Virus record (IMG/VR): IMGVR_UViG_3300045988_117871
Direction: 5' to 3' (one strand)
DNA: 45,477 nt
From: a virus
How positions within the stretch are numbered: position 1 is the first letter of the stretch; each line of letters begins with the position of its first letter. Below, in pieces: positions 6,860 to 16,500 of the stretch. The position numbers and the translations under genes are program-made. Below the pieces are notes generated by a model. That model was not told the DNA's origin, ran no database searches, and saw only the letters and a program-made list of their open reading frames with translations.

Positions 6860-8004
6860 TCTAAGTAACCTCCATCCAATATTATTTTCCCTGTGAACGC
6901 TTTGCTCACATTTATAACAACGTTACCGTTATTATCTACTCCGGCATTAGCATAGTAAGGATAACTAACGCCATCAATTATTTGTGTTAAGCTGACAATG
7001 ACCGGACTGTTTCCTGCCTGGTGTTCCTCAGCAGATATGGTTAGTACGAAATCACTGCCAACCTCTGCAAAATCTTCATCCGTAAAGTTTTTGACATAGA
7101 CCTTATCACCAGTCTTTTTTGTCAGCGACGCTAGTATAACGATGCCTGCAAACCTTTCAGGAACTTCGATAATCACATTTTCGGCGTCCATATAAACGCC
7201 GGTCAGTACCATTTCATACTGAGGCTTCTTGACTTCCTTGTAAACGCCTATAAGCCTGCTGTTACCCATTGCCATTGTAAAACGCCACATGCCGTTGTTT
7301 TCAGTCCATCTGTCATCTGTCGCAGTAAACTCTTTTGTTATAGTTCCGCTCTCAAAACGCAGTAAAATATCTTCTGCACGGTCAGCAGCATCTTCTGCTT
7401 TCTCTGCATCTTTTTTTGCAGATTCTGCACTTTCTGCTGCTGACGTTTCAGACTTCTTTGCAGATTCTGCACTCGCCTGTGCCTGCTCCATAGCAAATTT
7501 AGGATTAGGCCCAGCAATAAGTTTTTTACCGGTTTCATCCCAATAAAAACTCTCATTTGGCATTGGTTGTGGCAGAACTGTAGAAATATCTTTAGGCGCT
7601 GAATCTGATAAACGAATTGCTCTCGTTACACCGTCCCACAGCTGTTGGCAAATTATCGTTAGTTTATCCAATGCCGCTTCGATAACATTAAATGGCCAAT
7701 GAGTATCCAACTGAGATTCCTGTGTTATAGGAACCTCACGATATAAAACAAGCTGCCACCCTTCAGGTAATATTGGTGGTCGTTCTGCCTCTGGTGGTTC
7801 TGCTCCCGGAGAATAGCCAGGATAAAACACTACTGACTTCTCCATATCAACGAAATAATCTTTGGTTAAAACAGTTTCTTTAAAATCGGGATCAACAAGT
7901 ACTACATTAATATCGGTCTTTTCCAATATCTTAAAAGAATATCCAAACTCTGTAGCAACTCCATTCCCATTGTATGTAATCCTATTTTCACTGCTGCCTA
8001 TCAA
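6856..8004 (-). CDS. Tail fibre / fibre-adaptor protein
   Basis: The track start at 8022 is a TTG lying inside SD GGAAGGAGGG; the TTG at 8004 follows that SD by 7 nt. N-terminal ITYNGNGVATEFGYSF fibre-type domain and an acidic Ala-rich coiled coil. Confidence 0.75.
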   Translation of the reverse strand: MIGSSENRITYNGNGVATEFGYSFKILEKTDINVVLVDPDFKETVLTKDYFVDMEKSVVFYPGYSPGAEPPEAERPPILPEGWQLVLYREVPITQESQLDTHWPFNVIEAALDKLTIICQQLWDGVTRAIRLSDSAPKDISTVLPQPMPNESFYWDETGKKLIAGPNPKFAMEQAQASAESAKKSETSAAESAESAKKDAEKAEDAADRAEDILLRFESGTITKEFTATDDRWTENNGMWRFTMAMGNSRLIGVYKEVKKPQYEMVLTGVYMDAENVIIEVPERFAGIVILASLTKKTGDKVYVKNFTDEDFAEVGSDFVLTISAEEHQAGNSPVIVSLTQIIDGVSYPYYANAGVDNNGNVVINVSKAFTGKIILDGGYLE

Positions 8005-8020
8005 AGTTTTCCCTCCTTCC

Positions 8021-8051
8021 AAATAAAAAAGCGCCTACCGAAGTAAGCGCT
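8021..8051 (-). terminator. Intrinsic terminator (UUCG tetraloop) immediately upstream of the tail-fibre SD
   Basis: Minus strand AGCGCTTAC-TTCG-GTAGGCGCT followed by TTTTTATTT. Confidence 0.7.
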
Positions 8052-8079
8052 TTCTATTAAGTTCTAACTAACTTTATGA

Positions 8080-8119
8080 TACTATTTTAACTCATTTTTA
8101 TAGGGGTTTTGTCGGATAC
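8080..8119 (-). promoter_or_regulatory. Bipartite late motif, copy a (GTATCCGACA-N16-GAGTTAAAATAGTA on the minus strand)
   Basis: One of three copies with identical 16-nt spacing. Confidence 0.55.
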
Positions 8120-8170
8120 ATTTTTAATTTTTTTACATCGCCTCTGCTCTCATATCCAATAACCTTACAT

Positions 8171-8210
8171 TACTATTTTAACTCTTGTTAAATGGCATTT
8201 TGTCGGAAAC
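8171..8210 (-). promoter_or_regulatory. Bipartite late motif, copy b (GTTTCCGACA-N16-GAGTTAAAATAGTA)
   Basis: Lies 91 bp from copy a. Both blocks are identical to copy c. Confidence 0.55.
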
Positions 8211-8261
8211 TTTTTAAAATTTATTTCTTAATCTAAAGTAAGGTTAAATAACTAAACTAAA

Positions 8262-8293
8262 TTGACAAACTATTATAATTCTAGTACTATAAT
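8262..8293 (+). promoter_or_regulatory. Sigma-70-type promoter of a small moron cassette
   Basis: TTGACA (8262-8267), 17-nt spacer, TACTAT (8285-8290); overlapping TATAAT at 8288-8293. Confidence 0.55.
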
Positions 8294-8352
8294 AGTAAAG
8301 ATAATTGAATTTACCAGTTGTATTATATAGTGAATACACGGAGGTGTTATAT

Positions 8353-8484
8353 ATGTGGAGCGAATCTTGTGGAATCTTAGAACGAAATGGTAAAGATCCA
8401 TTTAAATTCGATGCCGAGTTATTAGTAAAAAAAGAAACCACTACCCCAAAGGAAAAAGAACAAAGCACCAAAGCCAATAAATAA
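8353..8484 (+). CDS. 43-aa charged peptide (moron)
   Basis: Below the ORF-track cutoff. SD GGAGGTG lies 6 nt before the ATG. Sequence MWSESCGILERNGKDPFKFDAELLVKKETTTPKEKEQSTKANK. It has its own promoter and terminator. Confidence 0.5.
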   Translation: MWSESCGILERNGKDPFKFDAELLVKKETTTPKEKEQSTKANK

Positions 8485-8516
8485 GAGAGAGCATTATATG
8501 CTCTCTTATTTTTATT
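8485..8516. terminator. Bidirectional intrinsic terminator
   Basis: 9-bp stem AGAGAGCAT/ATGCTCTCT with a 3-nt loop. T-rich on both sides. Confidence 0.7.
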
Positions 8517-8614
8517 AGCAATTATTTTTTTGGCGAAAAGCAGATTCTTTAAGATACCATGTATTATATAATTTTGCTATTTCAGTATAATATTTTTGAG
8601 CAGGATCTATATTT

Positions 8615-9382
8615 CTATAAACGATAAAGAAATATAGATTTTTTTACATTTTGTAAAAAAGTCTGGTGCAAAGAATTATAAACATAGTCACTCCCAGCTA
8701 AATTATTATTGAAATACATACAAAAATATTCTAATTTGTTTAAAGACTCATTGATCATACGTATTACATCAGTCCTAATATCAGAAGAACATATATCATT
8801 TAATATCTGGGCTGGAATAATATTATTTGTATGATTACACAATTCATGAAACGGTAAATAATAGTTAATTTTTGATTGCCGGTACCCCAACGCTAAACAT
8901 TCCACAGAATTACTTAAATCAATTTTTTTATTTAAACTATCAGCTATCATTTCAATTTCTTGGGAAGTGAATATCATTCTCAACTCATCTACATCAAAAT
9001 CCTTTATATTAAACTTCTTAATTTTATCCATTAATTTTATAGTCCCAGTAAATTCAAGGTACTCACTTGAAGCCGTTAATAAAGGTAATATTTCATTACC
9101 ATACAACTTAGCCATTTCAAAAGCATTTTCCTGTGCAAGTTGTTTATTTCTGGTTTCATTTTCTAACTTTATATAATATACTTGTACAGCAACAAAAATA
9201 AGTGAAATACCAGTTGCTATAGCTCCTAATGATGAAAAGAAATTAGTATTTTCTGTTAGAATTTTATGAGCAACAGGACAATAATATAAACCTACAACAG
9301 CCGATATAACTAATGCACTAATTATAGATATTTTATTTTTAGACAGCAAACAAAATATTTTATTTTTAAATTCTGCAATCAT
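8615..9382 (-). CDS. Two-TM membrane protein with an unassigned cytoplasmic domain (moron; Abi/exclusion candidate)
   Basis: 255-aa ORF in a visibly AT-rich island. Has its own TGgTATAAT-type promoter upstream and two N-terminal hydrophobic helices. Confidence 0.75.
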   Translation of the reverse strand: MIAEFKNKIFCLLSKNKISIISALVISAVVGLYYCPVAHKILTENTNFFSSLGAIATGISLIFVAVQVYYIKLENETRNKQLAQENAFEMAKLYGNEILPLLTASSEYLEFTGTIKLMDKIKKFNIKDFDVDELRMIFTSQEIEMIADSLNKKIDLSNSVECLALGYRQSKINYYLPFHELCNHTNNIIPAQILNDICSSDIRTDVIRMINESLNKLEYFCMYFNNNLAGSDYVYNSLHQTFLQNVKKSIFLYRL

Positions 9383-9507
9383 ACACAGCTCTTCTTTCCA
9401 CGATAGTAAATACTTTTTATATTATACCATATAGTTTATAAATGTGATATAATTGTGAAAAACAGTCAAAAATTTTCTGTTTCCCATAAAGCAAAGGAGG
9501 ATTTATT

Positions 9508-9807
9508 ATGTTAAAAAAAGTATTGTTAATGAGTATGGCTTTATTGGTAGGTATCAATACGGTTAATGCCTGCGAGGTAGAACACAAGGAGGATAACAGT
9601 AGAAGGGAAATTATTAAAGACCTCAAGCCTTGTATGAATGAAAGTTGCCCAGTTTATAAAAAATATAAGGAATTAGAAATTATTATCGAAATTGAACTCG
9701 AAGAAAAAATGTCTGATGAACAAGTAGCAACAAGAGCAGCCAGACAGGATTTCGTAAAGGCTAATACTAGAAAATTTAAAGAACCGACAAAAATTATATA
9801 CAAATAA
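9508..9807 (+). CDS. Small secreted protein (signal peptide)
   Basis: SD AAAGGAGG at 7 nt. The signal peptide MLKKVLLMSMALLVGINTVNA is followed by a Cys-containing charged domain. Confidence 0.75.
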   Translation: MLKKVLLMSMALLVGINTVNACEVEHKEDNSRREIIKDLKPCMNESCPVYKKYKELEIIIEIELEEKMSDEQVATRAARQDFVKANTRKFKEPTKIIYK

Positions 9808-9859
9808 AGAATTGAGGAAAAATCATGAATGATTTCTACTATGAGGAAGAAGGAACATC

Positions 9860-10531
9860 ATGCAAAGAGTTCTTGCTTTATTTATAATATTTTTATCCAT
9901 ATTTATCTTTGGATGCACCACTGAAAAAAAACAAAATAATACTATACATCAAAGTAATATACACACTTCCTCGACCCTTGTTGTTGATCCATATAGCACA
10001 TCAAAGTTTGAAAGCTTAAATTTTGGTGATTCATTAGAAAAAATTAAAACTTTACCCACCCTAATATATTATGATGAATATCCCAACAGTCTTATAAAAT
10101 CTCCAAAACATAAAAGTTATTTGTTTCAAACAAATGCAAATTCTTATTATAATATACCGTTGATATACGATGCGCCTTTATTAGAGCTCTCTTTTTTTGA
10201 TAATAAATTGTATAAGATAACAGCCAGATTGGATGTAAAAGACGAAAAAGATGGATTAGAAAAATTTGAAAAAATAAAAAAAGAAATCAGCAAAATATAT
10301 GGAAAAGGTCAAAATACCTCAAACCAATTCCTTAAAACTTTTTCTTTGGATATAAATAATACTCATTTTTCAATTATGTTTATCTCAAGACCACCAGTAA
10401 TAACCAAAAACTTGGGTAGTTCGCCATTTGACCTATTAGTTGAATCTTGGGATAGAAAATTACACAAAGCCTTTTTAGATGATGATTTTAAATATTTTGA
10501 AGCTTCTAATGACAAAGAAGCGAAAATATAA
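9860..10531 (+). CDS. Lipoprotein (moron; superinfection-exclusion candidate)
   Basis: MQRVLALFIIFLSIFIFGC carries lipobox I-F-G-C. 223 aa, AT-rich codons. Confidence 0.8.
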   Translation: MQRVLALFIIFLSIFIFGCTTEKKQNNTIHQSNIHTSSTLVVDPYSTSKFESLNFGDSLEKIKTLPTLIYYDEYPNSLIKSPKHKSYLFQTNANSYYNIPLIYDAPLLELSFFDNKLYKITARLDVKDEKDGLEKFEKIKKEISKIYGKGQNTSNQFLKTFSLDINNTHFSIMFISRPPVITKNLGSSPFDLLVESWDRKLHKAFLDDDFKYFEASNDKEAKI

Positions 10532-10558
10532 CCCCCTCAAATTTGAGGGGGTATTTTT
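10532..10558. terminator. Bidirectional terminator between the convergent lipoprotein and giant virion genes
   Basis: CCCCCTCAAATTTGAGGGGG hairpin followed by TATTTTTAT. Confidence 0.8.
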
Positions 10559-10561
10559 ATT

Positions 10562-13500
10562 TTACCGTTCTTTCTTCGGTCGACGTCTAAAGATGTCTCC
10601 AACTTCCGGATCCATACCATTGAACAAGATATCATATCCGTTAAAGAATAATTTGTTTAACTGTGCAGGTACGCCTAATGCTGTTCCAACAAATGTTGCA
10701 GTAGGCTCAACCAATTCGTCATAATCTGCTTTGCCCTGGTAAACCTTTTGCACCTTACCGGCAGCACGCTCCATCTGCTCTATCGTGCCTTGTACTGCTG
10801 TCATTCTATACCCGTAAGTCTGCATGCCTAAAGCCCTGCTCCAAATAGCATTACCAACCTGCCCAACCGGTCCGGCTAAACTCATAGGGTAAGTAAGCAG
10901 TTCTTTTGATATCTTTTGATATTCATCCTTATCTTCTTCAAATGGATCTTCGGCCGACAACATCAAGTTTATAAAAGCAAACATTACAAACTTAGCTCCC
11001 ACAAACGAAGTAAGACGCATTATATCTTTTTCTTTTAAGAAGATGTTATACTCTCTGGCCCACTGATTATATTGTGTATTGAAGAAGCCTTGGAATGTAG
11101 TAAACAGTTTAAGCATAGGTCCGCCACGCAAAAGCGGTGCAACCTCCGTAACTCTGCTGCTGCCAAGTGTACGTCTAATAACCGTATTGGCAAAGTCCAC
11201 AGCTTCTGTTTCGCCTGCACCAGCCCTTATTTTTTTGCCATACGCCTGCATCCATACCGGAATAGCAGAAATATTATCAGTAGTGACCAGCAATCTTGTG
11301 CCAAATTCAACAGCTTTCTTTTCTATAGGATTCAAGCTTTCCATTTCTTTCATATCCCGCAGGGAAATATCCGGAAGCACAGACCTTTCTTTCATCCAAG
11401 GGGATTTGCTGTAAACAAATTCCTTAGCCGATTTATAGCCCTCTGCAAGCTGCATATTCATACTGTAATTGCTCACAGCGGCAACGACATCACTATATCC
11501 AAAACCATCTACAGCATTACCATACAGCAAAGGATTACCCAAGTTCTGAACGGCAGTTTTAAGGTTAAGCATAATAGCAGCGTTTACAGTACGAGCCCTA
11601 AGCCAGTTAGCAACACTGCCCATCCAGCTTTCACCAACAGAACCGCTGTTAGTACCTTGAGGATTTGCCGCACGTTCAAGATATTCTTTAAAGGCAGAGA
11701 AATCGGCCAAACCTAATTTTTCTTTAATCAGAGTATACATTTCCTGATCGTTCATAATTTTACGGAAATCCCCCATAACCTCACGGAAGCACAGATCATG
11801 TATCGCATCCATAGCAACATTAAACTCTGCTCCACGTTTTAGATTAACAGGATATTTAGCCTTAACACGTTCTTTTAAATGGCCTCGTCTGGTGCTCATT
11901 GTTCTAATATTGCGGCCTTGTCTGGGATCAGTATCAGAAATAACTTCTTGCCCAGCGTGTTTAGAACCAGTATCACCGTCACGCATCAGCGGGAAATAAC
12001 CGCCACGCATAACAACAGTCTTACCATCTGATAACGTCAGCTCTACAGGCGACGCTTCTACTTTCTTAGGACTAAACCCTGTCCAACGAGTTTCAAGAGC
12101 TTCCATTTCAGACCAGTACATCTCTGCAATGTCTATCTTAGCCTGTGCATATTTTATATCCGCTTCAGTAAGATTACGCCCTAAGAAGTCAAGCAAATTG
12201 ATTTTAGTCTGTACGATATCGCCATCTACCCACAAGGCAGAACTTTCAAAGCCTACCGGTCTAGTGCTGCACAATACTCTAGCACTGCTCTCGTTGCCTA
12301 AATTCATAAGCATTTTTACTAAAACGTGCTTATCTACAGAAGTACCTAGCTCGTCATATTTTTCCTGATAATCGGCCGCCTTTTCTGCAGCTTTATCCGG
12401 TAGCCACTCCCTGTAAACCTGCGCTGTTTTTTCTTCATATTCTAAAATTTTTCTTGTTTCATTATCGGCTGCTTCTCGAATAGCTGCGCCAAAATGTTTG
12501 CTGAAAAATCCATACTGCCAGTCGTCCATCATTTCAAAAAGATTGTCAGTACTGCGTAAAGACGCTTTTAGCTTCTCCATTACTGTAGGCTGCTGTGTAA
12601 CGCCAACCTGCGGTTTCCATATAGTTTTCAGCTTATTAAGTGTTTCCTGTGCTTCAGCTTTAAATTCAGCATAGGTAACACCTTTCTGTAAAGCGTTGAT
12701 ACTCATTTCCTGTTTAGCGATCGCCTTGATATTTTTAAGCGCATTTACTACATCTTCAAGCTGACTTGCCGTCATACGTTCACGAGGATTTGTAATTCTA
12801 ACATCCTCATACATTATCCAATCGGCAACTGCAACATTGTCATAAAGATCATCCATATCATTCAGATAGTCTGATAAAGTTTCTGTCTTTTCAAAATCAG
12901 AATAATCTTTACGCTTATAACCGAACCTTTCCATAATTGCTGCTGCTTGAATAAAGTTTCTTTCATTACCCCACGTTTCCCTTTTAGCTTTAGCCTGTTT
13001 CCTGAAATAATTCTGCCACTTAACATACTGATTACGTAGTCTTACGCTTTCAACTACACAAGCATGATTAAACGCCTGGACGTTTTTATATCGGACCGCA
13101 GCAGAATAATCATCATTTTCCAATGCTACAGCAGCTTTAGCCGCAGCGTTTCGTTCGGCAGTAATATACTTTTGGGTATTCAAAGCCTCCTTTAATTTCA
13201 CTCTGTTCTGTAGGTCCATCTGTGCCTGAATTTTAGCTGTTTGCCTGCGTGCAACAGCAAGTTTTCTAAGAGTTTCAGCATCACGCTGACCCTTTAACAA
13301 GCCTTGTGCTTTATCCTCAATAAGCTGTGCTTCTGTATTTATCAAAAGACCGCTCTCGTCATTATACATAGCATCACGCGCAGCTTCTTCAGCAAGCCCT
13401 CTCTCTTTGTAAATATCAGGGAAAGCGTCCTGCACCATTTCATCAATATGTCTGTTAACCGCACCATTAAAAGATGGTTCTGACATAATCGTTTTAGCCA

Positions 13501-16500
13501 GCTCGTCACCGGAAGTAAAACCATTAGCTTCAGCTATCATATCAAAAGTTGCCATTTTACTTTCATCAAAATTACCTTCTAAATATCTGTTAGCTACGCC
13601 CTTCGCTGTTTTTAAATCAGATGCAATATCAAGTATCTGCTCCGAAGCCATATATAACGGCTGTTTTGCAATCGCTTCTTTGACCTGCGGCTCTACATCT
13701 TCACGATATTTTTGAATTCGGTCTTTACGCTCCTGATTGAAATTAACAAGGCTTTCTTTTGTTAATAACTGTACTGCCTTATCGTGAGCTTTAGCAGCAA
13801 AATTACGCAGCATTTGCTTACGTGGTTCTGAAAGTGCATCTAACACAACATCTGGCAAAGCAGAAAAATAACCGTCAATACGCTCCATTTCTGATATTTG
13901 CTCTTCACTGGCCAGCATCCTGTCAAAAACCTGCCTTACTTCATCGTTGATTGGAACAGCATTTTTACTGCGCTTATCCGAAAAAACGGCGTTATAAACA
14001 GCAAGCAGCCATTTTTTGAACCTGTTAAATACCGGCTGCAACTCTTTTGAAGGTGCCTTGCCTTCAAGCATATAAGTTTCTGCGGCCTCTGCCAAGCGTT
14101 CATGTGCTGCTGTTTTTTCTTCCTGCGACAAGCTATCCCAGTCTTTAGTGACACCGGCATAATCAAGCATAGTCTGACGGTCTTTTTTCATCTGCTCTGT
14201 AGCATTAGGGAGTGCTCCTTCACGCATGAGGTTCTCAATAAAGTAATGGCCGACAGCTTCATGAATAACAGTGCTCATATCAGCACCTTCAAACAGGCTG
14301 ATAATTGCTTTACCTTCTTCGTCCCAGGTGATAGAACCTTTCTTATCGTTATTAACTTTTTGATTATACTTGTTAAGAATCTTTATGGATTTATCATCAA
14401 ATACTACAAAAGCACGCCCATCAAGATCACCGTAATAAGTAATGCCTTTAATTCCTGCCTTATTTAAAGCAATCGATGCTTCTTTCGCTCCACCCAAAAC
14501 TTCTGATAATGCTGCATAAAAATTATCTCCTGTAATAGCATTACTGTTAAAAAGACCTGCTCCTCTAGATTTCTCTATAGTTTCTAACTCTTTATTATAG
14601 GCCTCTTGGATGGTCTGTTCTTCTGCCGCAATAGCCGCTTGTAATTCTTTTTGTTCTGCTTGGAGAGAATTTACGATACTATCATAATATTGTTGATCTG
14701 TTTTCAGCCGTCCAATATCATATCCTTCTCCTTTTAATTCCGACATTGACAACTCTTTTGCTCTTTGTATAAATTTTGGTGCTGTATCTGGCAACGGCTT
14801 AAGAATTTTATTTAATCTTGATAAAGTTGAATCTCTCTTTCTCGTTTTATTAATTTTTTCTGAATATTCCTCGCTGGTTTCATTTTTTCGCACTGACTGT
14901 TTTAATTGTTCTTTTACTGCACTTCTTTGTTCGCTTCTTAATGATTTATAAAAATTTTTAAGCAGATTTTTTACATTCTCATCCTGTTTGGCAAGTGTTT
15001 TTTGTTCATCCAGCAAAACATTATTCTCTGGGATGTCTACTTCGATAAGCGATCCTTTTATTCTTAACCGTGGTTTAATTTCTCTCTTAAACCATTTTAC
15101 CGCTGCAGGAGAAAAATTTTCTTCGTTAATATCAACAGTCGATCCCTTATATTCTATATCTTCAATCAGTGCCATCTTATCATAATATTTCTGGGCTTCA
15201 GCATTATCTGAAATAGTACCGGCCTGACGTTCTAAGGAATCATATAATTCCATAATCGGCCTGCCACCAAAAGTTACAGAATTATCAGCTGCTTTTCCTA
15301 TAAATCTATATCTATTCCCTGCTACACTACGATCTTTAGCAAAATACAGTCCCCAGCCGTGAGACTGAGCACCTTCACCTGTTCCGATATTTTCTAAATT
15401 AAACTTATTAAATTTATGTGGGCTTCCGTGAAAAGCTGTCTGGTAGTATCCCTGCATTTCTTCTCGTCTCTTGCGGAGTGCATTTTCATCTGGTATACTA
15501 TTATTAAGAAGACTGTCAAGGTCGTTACCTCTGCTGGCGGAATCGCTGCCTGGAGACTGTAACCACTTGGCAGTCTTTTCTTTATTTATATATGACACTC
15601 TACCTTTTTTTAGATTGTGCTCTATAAACCAATCATAATCTGTGCCATTTTCTCCACCTTTCCCATAAGCACTGCTGACAGCATTCACCTGATAACGATT
15701 GCGTTCAACATCAAGTTCTAAAGGAACAATAATAGTAGACCTTTGTGCATCCTTTAAGTCTAATACAACAACCTTACGCCCAGCATACGAATCTAAAACC
15801 ATCATCGGGTCAGCCATAGCACGTGGAACTTGTTTTAGCAGCTCCGGCGTCATGCCATCGGAATGGCCGTCAAAAATATGTTTGATCTTGCTTCCGTCGA
15901 TAGTTACAGGCAAAATTTTACCGCCTGCAAGACCCAATGCAAGCGGTGTCGTCATAACATTATAAGTTTTAGTATCGTTTATTTTCCCTGCAGTATATTC
16001 ATCTACGATGCCAGCAAAGTTTCTTTCATCCTCAATCAATTTTTCGTTAGCGCTTTTAGTTTGCATATATCGTCCCTTAGGAGTACTGACAACACGCTTG
16101 AAGCTTACAGGGTTATCCCTGAAATACTGCATAGGGTCATCAGGATTAGCAATCATAGCACGGCTGGTTAAAATAGCCAGGACGTCACCTGTTTCCTTTT
16201 GATTTAGTCCCGCTTCGGTCAATTCATTTCTAAAAGTATCAACTGCAGTTCTAAATTCCTCGTCGTTCTCCAACGCTTTTTTATAAGCGCTTTGGAGAGC
16301 TTTTTTATTTCTGGCGCGTTCTTCTGTATAACCGCCCTGTTCAAAAGCTACGTTATTGCTTACAGCCTGGAAAAAGCCAGGATTTTGAGCCTCTGCCGCA
16401 CAATACGTACCCATTGGCATTTCAATATCCTCACCACGAACAGCAGCTGCCTGCAGTTCAGAAACCTCTATACCAAAGGTATCTTTTACATCCATGTTAG

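Noticed and set aside
5379-8022. Diversity-generating retroelement near the tail fibre genes, expected because the head/tail module resembles BPP-1-type phages.
   Set aside because: No reverse-transcriptase-like ORF exists anywhere in the window. I saw no template/variable repeat pair by eye. The internal repeats in the fibre gene are the GKLGKTETAA protein motif only. A computational repeat search would be needed for full exclusion.
11072-11716. Long plus-strand ORFs opposite large minus-strand genes: 11072-11716, 4745-5236, 18840-19343, 22519-23094, 27484-28080, 30417-31058 and others in the track.
   Set aside because: They lie antisense to strongly supported genes with recognisable motifs. 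Their translations are Ser/Cys/Phe/Ile-rich and low in complexity. I found no SD or start context. This is the typical antisense-frame openness of real genes.
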